Shown here: in pieces, positions 7,455 to 13,677 of the stretch
Numbering within the stretch: position 1 is the first letter of the stretch
How the letters are laid out: the number at the start of each line of letters is the position of its first letter
From: Azoarcus sp.
GTDB taxonomy: Bacteria; Pseudomonadota; Gammaproteobacteria; Burkholderiales; Rhodocyclaceae
Length of the DNA: 32,000 bases
Reading direction: 5' to 3'
Assembly (NCBI GenBank): GCA_030604735.1
Contig: JAUVVG010000030.1
Location: 12,984-44,983 of the forward strand
Notes under the pieces: generated by a model
What the model saw: the letters and a program-made list of their open reading frames with translations, nothing else
Told to the model about the DNA's origin: nothing
Database searches by the model: none
Position numbers and translations under genes: made by a program

Positions 7455-8782
7455 TACGATCGCCTCCAGCCGACAAGAATCATGACTGCCGCGAGCCAGC
7501 CGGTGGCGATCACCAGGGGTCGAACAGCAGTTGCGAAATCACAAAACGGGTCATATTTGACCTGGACAGCGCCGAGGCCGATGCTCAAGTTCATAGGTGC
7601 GGGGCAGGTGCCGGACGACGGTAGGCCGAAGTTCTGCGCCGAGAGTTGGACGGGATCGAGTTCGGGGAGGTCGACACTTTCCGGGTCGTCTGCCTCATCA
7701 CGGAACCAGTCGGCCAGATCGCAAACGATCGTTGCCCAGTCGCAGAAGCCAGGAAGTTCGAATGGGGGTGGCGGTTCGACAGGGGGGTTCGTGGGATTAA
7801 TATGCTCAGGTGCGACGTTAGGGTCGACTTGCGGATTACCTTCCGGGTCCGCCGTCGTGAGAGGTTCCCGGAAGGGATCGAGACGGAGACGCCAGGGCGA
7901 CTCGGGTGTCGGATCGGGGGTTATGCGGACCTTGTCTTGCCAGGGCTGACCGGTGAGCGGATCGGTGTAGGGGTTTCCGAGGGGTTCGACGAATGGCGTA
8001 ATCTCGGGAACCTGTACAGGCAATGGCAAGTGGCGAGCAACATCCGATAAAACATGAGCAGGCCAGTTAGCGGTCGTGACCGTGTTCCACTGAGAATCCC
8101 CTGCTACTTGCACTTGTCCAACACAGAAACCACCATTCAAAACCAAGTTCGTTGGACACACATCCGTTTGATGACGGGTAACCCCCTGGCCACCCGTCCA
8201 AACCAAAACGCCATTTTGATAATGCCGGTAGAGAAGTTCCGGCGCAGAATACCCTATGACTTGATATGTATTGATCCCACTGTTGAAGTACGAAACGAAA
8301 GCAGCGGCATACTGCAAAAAATCACACTGAACACCCGATGGTGATCCCGGCGCTGTGCATCCAGGAACAGAACCAGTGAAAAAACCGGACGGAATGTCAT
8401 ACGCGACAGGAGTGGACTCGGGAATAGACCAATCACCGTTAACGAAATCCATCGAAAACTCTGCCAAGAGCCACGCCGCTACAGATGTGCCGACAAACAA
8501 GAGCGGGTTAGCGCGTACAAAGGGCGCAGCATATTGTCCCCCGTTTGCCGCCATACGAAGCGAAGCAGGCACAGTGACCGACTTTCCGGCTACCTGTACC
8601 CTTGCAGCCGCTTGGAACGCAGAGCCGCTCCAAGCAACGGACGAAGGCGGCTTATAAAAAGAACCGGAAGTAGCTTGAGACCATCCACTCGGGGGGGTCG
8701 CCGCCGCGTATTGCGACGATGCAACACCGGGGAGCAGCAGCACGAGAATCAGTACAGCAAGAGCCATGCGCCCCCCAGGCAT
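7454..8782 (-). CDS. Putative adsorption protein (pIII-like)
   Basis: Lies between the coat genes and the pVI/pI genes. It has a signal-peptide-like N-terminus (MPGGRMALAVLILVLLLPGVASS), a Pro-rich linker (PDPTPESP.., PTNPPVEPPPPFELP) and a C-terminal anchor (LVIATGWLAAVMILVGWRRS). An alternative ATG is at 8767. Confidence 0.65.
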   Translation of the reverse strand: MPGGRMALAVLILVLLLPGVASSQYAAATPPSGWSQATSGSFYKPPSSVAWSGSAFQAAARVQVAGKSVTVPASLRMAANGGQYAAPFVRANPLLFVGTSVAAWLLAEFSMDFVNGDWSIPESTPVAYDIPSGFFTGSVPGCTAPGSPSGVQCDFLQYAAAFVSYFNSGINTYQVIGYSAPELLYRHYQNGVLVWTGGQGVTRHQTDVCPTNLVLNGGFCVGQVQVAGDSQWNTVTTANWPAHVLSDVARHLPLPVQVPEITPFVEPLGNPYTDPLTGQPWQDKVRITPDPTPESPWRLRLDPFREPLTTADPEGNPQVDPNVAPEHINPTNPPVEPPPPFELPGFCDWATIVCDLADWFRDEADDPESVDLPELDPVQLSAQNFGLPSSGTCPAPMNLSIGLGAVQVKYDPFCDFATAVRPLVIATGWLAAVMILVGWRRS

Positions 8783-8824
8783 GCCAGCATGACATAGTAG
8801 CCTTCCATGATTTTCTCCCTGGAT

Positions 8825-8848
8825 GGGACGAGGGTCGCCCCCCGTCCC
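8825..8848 (-). terminator. GC hairpin between coat gene and pIII-like gene (possible attenuator)
   Basis: GGGACGAGGG-TCG-CCCCCCGTCCC has about 10 bp of stem with one mismatch and no clear U-tract. Its position mirrors the partial terminator after gene VIII in Ff phages. Confidence 0.3.
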
Positions 8849-8860
8849 GGTTGAGTCAGA

Positions 8861-8989
8861 TCAGAAGAACGATGCCTTGATCCAGCGGAAGGCAAAGACG
8901 ACGACAGCGACACCGATGATGGCGAGGCCAACGGTTTCGATGTCAGTACCCGCATCAGCAATGGCGGTATTTACGGAAGTGAGATCCAT
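8861..8989 (-). CDS. Major coat protein, Pf3-type, leaderless (copy 2)
   Basis: Hand translation gives MDLTSVNTAIADAGTDIETVGLAIIGVAVVVFAFRWIKASFF (42 aa), with GGAGAA upstream. The C-terminus closely resembles the Pf3 coat (..GGAIIVLAAVVLGIRWIKAQFF). It is not in the track because it is under 60 aa; track ORF 8749..8961 is in another frame. Confidence 0.85.
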   Translation of the reverse strand: MDLTSVNTAIADAGTDIETVGLAIIGVAVVVFAFRWIKASFF

Positions 8990-9007
8990 GTGAGATTCTC
9001 CAAAAAT

Positions 9008-9136
9008 TTAGAAAAATGAACCCTTGATCCAGCGGAACAAGAAGACCACTACAGCGACACTAATGATCGCGAGACCGAGAGACTCGATGTCCGTCGATAC
9101 CAAACCAATAGAGTCCATTACGCCTTCGATAGACAT
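9008..9136 (-). CDS. Major coat protein, Pf3-type, leaderless (copy 1)
   Basis: Starts at an internal ATG of track ORF 9008..9196: MSIEGVMDSIGLVSTDIESLGLAIISVAVVVFLFRWIKGSFF (42 aa), with GGAG 5 nt upstream. It is a paralogue of 8861..8989. Confidence 0.85.
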   Translation of the reverse strand: MSIEGVMDSIGLVSTDIESLGLAIISVAVVVFLFRWIKGSFF

Positions 9137-9138
9137 AC

Positions 9139-9318
9139 CTATCTCCGGTTGAGAACGACGTAGGCGATCTGGCGCGCGGCCCAGGCTGTGGCCCAAACCG
9201 CAAAAATCGCCCCGCTTATCACCAGCCCATCTTCAGCGGATAGAGCCGGTAATCCTGTGACGTACTGAACCCAGGCAGTACAGTCGTTATTCGTGATTTC
9301 CGTGCAGACGAAGTACAC
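9139..9318 (-). CDS. Hypothetical small membrane protein, 59 aa, GTG start
   Basis: Hand translation gives (V)YFVCTEITNNDCTAWVQYVTGLPALSAEDGLVISGAIFAVWATAWAARQIAYVVLNRR. The GTG immediately follows, in frame, the TAA of the 25-aa ORF. The stop lies 2 nt before the coat copy 1 start. Confidence 0.35.
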   Translation of the reverse strand: MYFVCTEITNNDCTAWVQYVTGLPALSAEDGLVISGAIFAVWATAWAARQIAYVVLNRR

Positions 9319-9396
9319 TTAGAACACCCTTGCGAACATCACACCGAAGGTGACCGTGAGGCCGAACGAACCGAGAAACCAGATTGCTGATTGCAT
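9319..9396 (-). CDS. Hypothetical 25-aa hydrophobic peptide (pVII/pIX-size)
   Basis: MQSAIWFLGSFGLTVTFGVMFARVF, with AAGGGGAA upstream, 10 nt after the stop of the preceding micro-ORF. Confidence 0.4.
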   Translation of the reverse strand: MQSAIWFLGSFGLTVTFGVMFARVF

Positions 9397-9406
9397 GGGA
9401 TTCCCC

Positions 9407-9544
9407 TTATGAGCGTAGAAGCGCAAGCGCGTTGGAGACGATCGGAGAGGTATAAAGAGCAACGCCTGCAAGAAGTAAGGCGAAGGCTACGGACCCCAAA
9501 CACGAGACGAACAGGACCCATTCCCAGAACGAATAGATTTGCAT
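9407..9544 (-). CDS. Hypothetical 45-aa membrane peptide
   Basis: MQIYSFWEWVLFVSCLGSVAFALLLAGVALYTSPIVSNALALLRS, with AGGAA upstream. The longer track ORF 9407..9775 runs through the noncoding region downstream of rep. Confidence 0.5.
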   Translation of the reverse strand: MQIYSFWEWVLFVSCLGSVAFALLLAGVALYTSPIVSNALALLRS

Positions 9545-9735
9545 GGGGTTCCTTGATAATTGGGATAGCGATCGGTTACGTTCTGGCGCACTTATGAGCG
9601 CACAGGATTCAATGAACTGACGTTGGGCGGTCGGCGCGGGGTGGGCGGCGAGCCTGCCCACTCCCCCGCCGCCGCCGTCCTCGACAGGCCCACGATTGGG
9701 TTCCCACGCTTGCGCGTCATCGGCACGCTTGAGCA

Positions 9736-10881
9736 TTACGCCGCCCTCCTCGAGACATCGGGCAGCCCGTACCACTCCGGAGCCTGGAGGGGTTGAAGGG
9801 TGAAGGACGGCAGGCCATCAAGCAGCGTCTGGAGTTGATCGACGGAACCGTCTGACTTGATAGGACGCGGTTCGGACGCGTCGATGCCGTAGTCGCGGAG
9901 AGCCTTGACGTGCCGGAAGTAGGTGGCGCGACTGTAGAGTTCGCGGAGATCGTCGCCCCTGATCCAGTGAAGGGCCGCCGATCGGACCTTGGTCGGCATT
10001 TCGGAGACGATGCGAGCGGCCCGATCGGGCGTGACATCGTGCAGGAATCGGGTTTCGGCCCGGAACAAACTGATGATCTTGGCCATGTTGGCATCCCCTA
10101 TGAACCTAAGCGCGTTGTCGCGTAAAAAGTCTTTACCCCATTTGCATTCGATACGGACGAGTCCGAGATCGCGAGCGAATTGATATTCCTGGCTGGACTT
10201 GACCCTTTTCTTGGCTTCATCGCCCTTGGCGTGGTCGAGCATTTCCTGAGCTTTGCGATAAACGACGATGCGTTTGTGAAGCTTGCCGCTCCGCTTTCCA
10301 AAGACCACGGTCTGAGTACCGTAGACGCCTTTGGAAAGCCGGGCAGCACGAAGGCCGGTGAAGTACCGCATCACTTCGATGGAGAGCTTGTCATTGCCGG
10401 CAGCCATGTTCTCGGTGACGTGGAGTTCGCGAAGAACGGCACCGGTCCATTCGGTCCAGAGGCCGAGGTCGTGGTCATGCTTGGAGACGGACGCCTTCGC
10501 ACGGCATTCCCCAGGCGTGAAGCGCGGTAGGTCGTGGGCCTGGACGATGTCAGAGGCCTTGTCGATGGTATCGACGATGTCGTAATTCCACACGTTGTCG
10601 GGGCGGTCGAAGCGCCCGACGTTACCGGAGAGTTCAACGTTCCTGCCGTCGCAGCGCACCAGGAGCGAGGTGTCATGTGAGCCGCGACGCTGAAGGCGTG
10701 GAACCTGATAGGTGACGTTGTCGCCGTCTGGGGTGAGCACACACCACTTGCGCCCGTCCGTCGTTTCCATCATTTCGAATGACTTGCCCCGGACCCGGAC
10801 GCCATCGGAGACGATCGGCAGATCGATATCGTCTACCGCGTGGCGTTGGGCGAAGGAAAGCCAGTCGATAAAGACGCTCAT
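9736..10881 (-). CDS. Rolling-circle replication initiator (gene II/CRI-type phage Rep)
   Basis: The MSVFIDWLSFAQ.. N-terminus (IDWL motif) and its size are typical of filamentous-phage replication proteins. The ATG at 10881 forms an ATGA overlap with the upstream ORF stop. The track start at 10890 is a GTG. Confidence 0.8.
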   Translation of the reverse strand: MSVFIDWLSFAQRHAVDDIDLPIVSDGVRVRGKSFEMMETTDGRKWCVLTPDGDNVTYQVPRLQRRGSHDTSLLVRCDGRNVELSGNVGRFDRPDNVWNYDIVDTIDKASDIVQAHDLPRFTPGECRAKASVSKHDHDLGLWTEWTGAVLRELHVTENMAAGNDKLSIEVMRYFTGLRAARLSKGVYGTQTVVFGKRSGKLHKRIVVYRKAQEMLDHAKGDEAKKRVKSSQEYQFARDLGLVRIECKWGKDFLRDNALRFIGDANMAKIISLFRAETRFLHDVTPDRAARIVSEMPTKVRSAALHWIRGDDLRELYSRATYFRHVKALRDYGIDASEPRPIKSDGSVDQLQTLLDGLPSFTLQPLQAPEWYGLPDVSRRAA

Positions 10882-11246
10882 CGGCCCCACCCATGTACGT
10901 AGGGATTCGAAGCCTCAAGATCGGCAAGGTCGTAACCCATCGCAACAAGACGAGCACTAACCGAGTTCAAACCCGACGAACTAGTCTCAAATTGAGACTC
11001 CACAGCACTCTTTACTTGTACGTGCTGTGAAGGGCCGAACCGGCCGCTGGAGGTGGTCGGGACGATCGGGGTGGTGAAGGAGTCGGCACGGTAGAAAAGC
11101 TCAAGTGCACCATCAGTGATCCGGAGGACCGATTGGTCCCCGTCACGCTGAAGGCGCACCAGCTCAGTGAGGGAGTCAACGAAAGAACGCGAGCGGAACA
11201 GTTCGAATGTTCCGCTTCGCGTTTCGCGTTCGAGGACGTAGGCCAT
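10878..11246 (-). CDS. Hypothetical protein, 122 aa
   Basis: Translationally coupled on both sides (TAATG at 11246, ATGA at 10878-10881). The sequence is complex and I recognise no family. Confidence 0.6.
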   Translation of the reverse strand: MAYVLERETRSGTFELFRSRSFVDSLTELVRLQRDGDQSVLRITDGALELFYRADSFTTPIVPTTSSGRFGPSQHVQVKSAVESQFETSSSGLNSVSARLVAMGYDLADLEASNPYVHGWGR

Positions 11247-11482
11247 TACGTGAAAGCCTTTTTGCCAGCGGACGTACTGACAGAAAGCTCACCATTAAAA
11301 TGCTGCCGTAGGTCCTTCATGTACCTATCGAGCGATTCCCGGAGCTGTTTACCAAGCATTTTCGGAACAACCTGACAAACGAGAGGTGTGGAAACCCCAT
11401 CCTCTCCAGGCACCAAAACAAAGGCGACGTAATACCGCCCGCATGTGGAAGGAACATGGAAGCCTTCAACCCGTAGCGACAT
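11246..11482 (-). CDS. Hypothetical protein, 78 aa
   Basis: Its ATG is 3 nt after the upstream stop (TGAGCCATG), and its stop overlaps the next start. Confidence 0.6.
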   Translation of the reverse strand: MSLRVEGFHVPSTCGRYYVAFVLVPGEDGVSTPLVCQVVPKMLGKQLRESLDRYMKDLRQHFNGELSVSTSAGKKAFT

Positions 11483-11485
11483 GGC

Positions 11486-11809
11486 TCAGTCCTCGACCAC
11501 GAACAGCTTGTTGTCGGCAGTGACGACAGTGCGTTGTTCGCCCGTTTCCCGGTCCGTGGATTTGTAGGAACGGCGGTAGCCGCCGATCCGGCAATGAAGG
11601 GTAATGTCTTGTTCCTGGTCGGCCTGGCGGGTTTTGGCCAGAACTTCGACGGTGGCCGGACTGGAGTACGGATCAGCGGCAGGAAGGACAACGAGGTGCG
11701 CGAAGTAGGTGCCCTGCTTCTTCGCCGACATGCAACGGCCCTTGATGATGACTTCACCGACTTTGAGTGATGGACCTTGTGCCTTTGGCAGTTCTGCTAA
11801 AGCAGTCAT
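11486..11809 (-). CDS. First gene of phage operon; possible ssDNA-binding protein (gV-like)
   Basis: ATG 11809 has GGAGAA 6 nt upstream. It is 107 aa with a beta-rich-looking sequence. The function is assigned only from position and size. The track start at 11836 is a GTG inside the operator. Confidence 0.45.
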   Translation of the reverse strand: MTALAELPKAQGPSLKVGEVIIKGRCMSAKKQGTYFAHLVVLPAADPYSSPATVEVLAKTRQADQEQDITLHCRIGGYRRSYKSTDRETGEQRTVVTADNKLFVVED

Positions 11810-11827
11810 GGTGGGTTCTCCGGTTGA

Positions 11828-11845
11828 ACTTTCCACATGGAAAGT
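11828..11845. promoter_or_regulatory. Candidate operator: perfect palindrome ACTTTCCA-CA-TGGAAAGT plus extra half-sites
   Basis: 8-bp perfect inverted repeat with a 2-bp spacer. Further half-sites are TGGAAAGT (11864-11871) and CGGAAAGT (11883-11890). TCAAGCGGAA occurs twice (11878-11887 and 11891-11900). Confidence 0.5.
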
Positions 11846-11851
11846 GCTCGC

Positions 11852-11881
11852 AGACTATCCAAATGGAAAGTAACTTGTCAA
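11852..11881 (-). promoter_or_regulatory. Candidate sigma70 promoter of the phage replication/structural operon
   Basis: On the minus strand: TTGACA (11881-11876), an 18-nt spacer, then TAGTCT (11857-11852). The palindrome starts 6 nt downstream of the -10, and one half-site lies within the spacer. Confidence 0.45.
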
Positions 11882-11925
11882 GCGGAAAGTTCAAGCGGAA
11901 GATGGCGAGACAGGAGGATAAGACG

Positions 11926-12348
11926 ATGGATATAGAAGCAAAGTGCTCGCAGGTAATGCGCAGAAACGGGTGGACGCAGCGTGAGCTAGCTACCGCTTTA
12001 GGCATAAGCGAAACGACATTGTCAAACGTCTTGAAAGGGCGTCGATCGTTGCCCGTTCATGCGTTTGTCAAATTAGAAAGGATGAGGGGAATAGACGATA
12101 AATCAATCGTCGATGAACTGATCCGAGCGGCCGCAAGTGTGGCGGCCGTTGTCATTTTGTTTTCGCCAGGGGGGAGCGAAGGGCCACGAACGGCGCCGGA
12201 TTCCGATACGAGAAGTGCACAGATTACAGATTATAACGATACAGAAGAAACGACTGAGAATGCGTATGCGGACAGTTCGTGCTCAAAGCCCTGTCGGAGT
12301 TTTTTACATCAGCCGGTCATCAGCATGATCAGAATCCCTTTTGCGTGA
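11926..12348 (+). CDS. XRE-family HTH repressor (phage c-repressor-like)
   Basis: ATG 11926 is preceded by AGGAGG. MDIEAKCSQVMRRNGWTQRELATALGISETTLSNVLKGRRSLP is a classic Cro/CI-type HTH. It is divergent from the phage operon. The C-terminal half is non-homologous (hydrophobic AAASVAAVVILF followed by an acidic tail). Confidence 0.8.
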   Translation: MDIEAKCSQVMRRNGWTQRELATALGISETTLSNVLKGRRSLPVHAFVKLERMRGIDDKSIVDELIRAAASVAAVVILFSPGGSEGPRTAPDSDTRSAQITDYNDTEETTENAYADSSCSKPCRSFLHQPVISMIRIPFA

Positions 12349-12471
12349 AATAAGTCACGGATTAGAAAGGCTTGTTTTCTAGTGGGCGTGATTCGTGCTT
12401 GGGATAATGAAAGAGATGGCTCGCCTGACGGACGGCGCGGTGACGATCCGGGCGGGGTGTATGGAGAAATA

Positions 12472-12651
12472 ATGAGAAATTCGCGGCCGGATCAACGCGT
12501 CGATCTCGCAATGCGACAATTCGTCGGCAAGATCATCGAGTATCTGATGGAAGGCGGTGACCATGCCAACGCAATGATGAATATGGCCGAACGGGGCGTG
12601 CCCTACACGGTTCAGCGCCGGGTTATAGAGGGCAACGCGACCCGTCAGTGA
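12472..12651 (+). CDS. Hypothetical protein, 59 aa
   Basis: GGAG lies 5 nt upstream of the ATG. Sequence: MRNSRPDQRVDLAMRQFVGKIIEYLMEGGDHANAMMNMAERGVPYTVQRRVIEGNATRQ. This is preferred over the antisense ORF 12379..12564, but the call is weak. Confidence 0.35.
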   Translation: MRNSRPDQRVDLAMRQFVGKIIEYLMEGGDHANAMMNMAERGVPYTVQRRVIEGNATRQ

Positions 12652-12753
12652 TCAGGGCCTATCTTGATTAGGTATGCGAAGGTCGGATGACCAGGCGCCC
12701 GAATCCAGTATTACCCGATCGTGCCCGACAAAGACTCCATGCCCTGCAAAATC

Positions 12754-12770
12754 CTGATCGAAGCGATCAG
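12754..12770 (-). terminator. Possible mtnP terminator hairpin overlapping the stop codon
   Basis: CTGATCG-AAG-CGATCAG (7-bp perfect stem), followed on the minus strand by GATTTTG. Confidence 0.3.
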
Positions 12771-13507
12771 TCCTGGCAAATCCGTCCAAGCAGTTGCCGA
12801 ACCCGTGCCATCGCCTCTTGGAGAACCACCTCGATCTGTTCGAATTCGATCCGCTGTTCGCTGTCTCCGCGACCGGCCGCGTAATTGGCGATTACATTGA
12901 TGGCGGCATAAGGCAAACCGAGTTCGCGCGCCAGCGCCGCCTCGGGCATGCCAGTCATGCCGACCAGGTCGGCTCCGTCGCGTTCCAGGCGAGTAATCTC
13001 GGCCGCCGTCTCGAGCCTGGGTCCCTGCGTGGTTGCATAGACCCCGCCATCGAATACGGTTTGCTGGCAAGCCTTGGCCGCGATAAGAATCCGCTCGCGT
13101 AGCGCCCGATCGTAGGGATGGGTGAAGTCGATGTGCTGCACTGGCTGGTCTCCGCCACCTTCAAAGAAGGTGCCCACCCTGCCCCAGGTGTAATCGATGA
13201 TCTGATCTGGAATCACGAGCGTACCCGGCTTGAACTCGGTCCGTATGCCGCCCACCGATGCGACCGAGACGATCCCGGTCGCCTTTGCCTGCTTCAGCGC
13301 CCAAATGTTGGCCCGATAATTCACTTGGTGTGGCGGAATGGTATGGCCGTAACCATGGCGGGGCAGAAATACGACCGGCTTGTTGGCAAGTTCGCCGAAG
13401 ATGAGTGCGCCCGACGGTTCGCCATAAGGCGTGCGAACCACTTCGCGTCGGACGATCTCCAGTGAGGACAGACGGGTCAGGCCGCTACCGCCGATGATCG
13501 CAAGCAT
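12767..13507 (-). CDS. mtnP: Methylthioadenosine/methylthioinosine phosphorylase (PNP family)
   Basis: MLAIIGGSGLT...FLPRHGYGHTIPPHQVNYRANIWALK...GMTGMPEAALARE is typical of MTAP/MtiP. The ATG at 13507 has AAGGAGA upstream. The track start at 13546 is an extension. Confidence 0.85.
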   Translation of the reverse strand: MLAIIGGSGLTRLSSLEIVRREVVRTPYGEPSGALIFGELANKPVVFLPRHGYGHTIPPHQVNYRANIWALKQAKATGIVSVASVGGIRTEFKPGTLVIPDQIIDYTWGRVGTFFEGGGDQPVQHIDFTHPYDRALRERILIAAKACQQTVFDGGVYATTQGPRLETAAEITRLERDGADLVGMTGMPEAALARELGLPYAAINVIANYAAGRGDSEQRIEFEQIEVVLQEAMARVRQLLGRICQD

Positions 13508-13618
13508 GTGCAAAGGTCTCCTTGAAAGGCGGCCGAATTCTAGCATGCCCGCATCGGCCCTCAGGATGCGGGCACGTGGGCGCCCTCCTCCTGCACGGGC
13601 AGCTGCGAAGCCGAAATG

Positions 13619-13645
13619 TTGCAGCGCAACTGCTCATGTTATAAT
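13619..13645 (+). promoter_or_regulatory. Candidate typA promoter with extended -10
   Basis: TTGCAG (13619-13624), a 15-nt spacer, then TGT-TATAAT (13637-13645), about 30 nt upstream of the typA ATG. Confidence 0.4.
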
Positions 13646-13677
13646 TGCAGACTTTTCAATAACTTCTGGCCTTCCCC

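Larger units (their letters stand above)
4700..12770. mobile_element. Integrated filamentous phage (Inoviridae-like prophage with Pf3-type coat); boundaries approximate
   Basis: Contains a Zot/pI ATPase, pVI-like and pIII-like proteins, two Pf3-like coat genes, a rolling-circle Rep and a divergent XRE repressor. Composition is lower and patchy compared with the flanks. It lies between the convergent core genes leuE and mtnP. A 9-bp direct repeat AGCGATCAG at 4698-4706 and 12762-12770 is the only junction candidate I found. Confidence 0.85.

Noticed and set aside
8749-8961. Track ORF 8749..8961 (70 aa) overlapping the second coat gene.
   Set aside because: It is in a different frame from the Pf3-like coat ORF 8861..8989, which has an RBS and a clear homologue. 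The 70-aa translation is Ser/Leu/Pro-rich.
9391-9597. Plus-strand 68-aa ORF antisense to the micro-ORF string, and the minus ORF 9407..9775 as a 122-aa protein.
   Set aside because: The plus ORF is highly basic low-complexity sequence opposite hydrophobic micro-ORFs that each have their own RBS. The 122-aa version extends through the Gly-run noncoding gap downstream of rep.
12379-12564. Minus-strand 61-aa ORF at the right prophage end.
   Set aside because: It has no RBS, whereas the overlapping plus-strand ORF starting at 12472 has GGAG at the correct spacing. Both calls remain weak.
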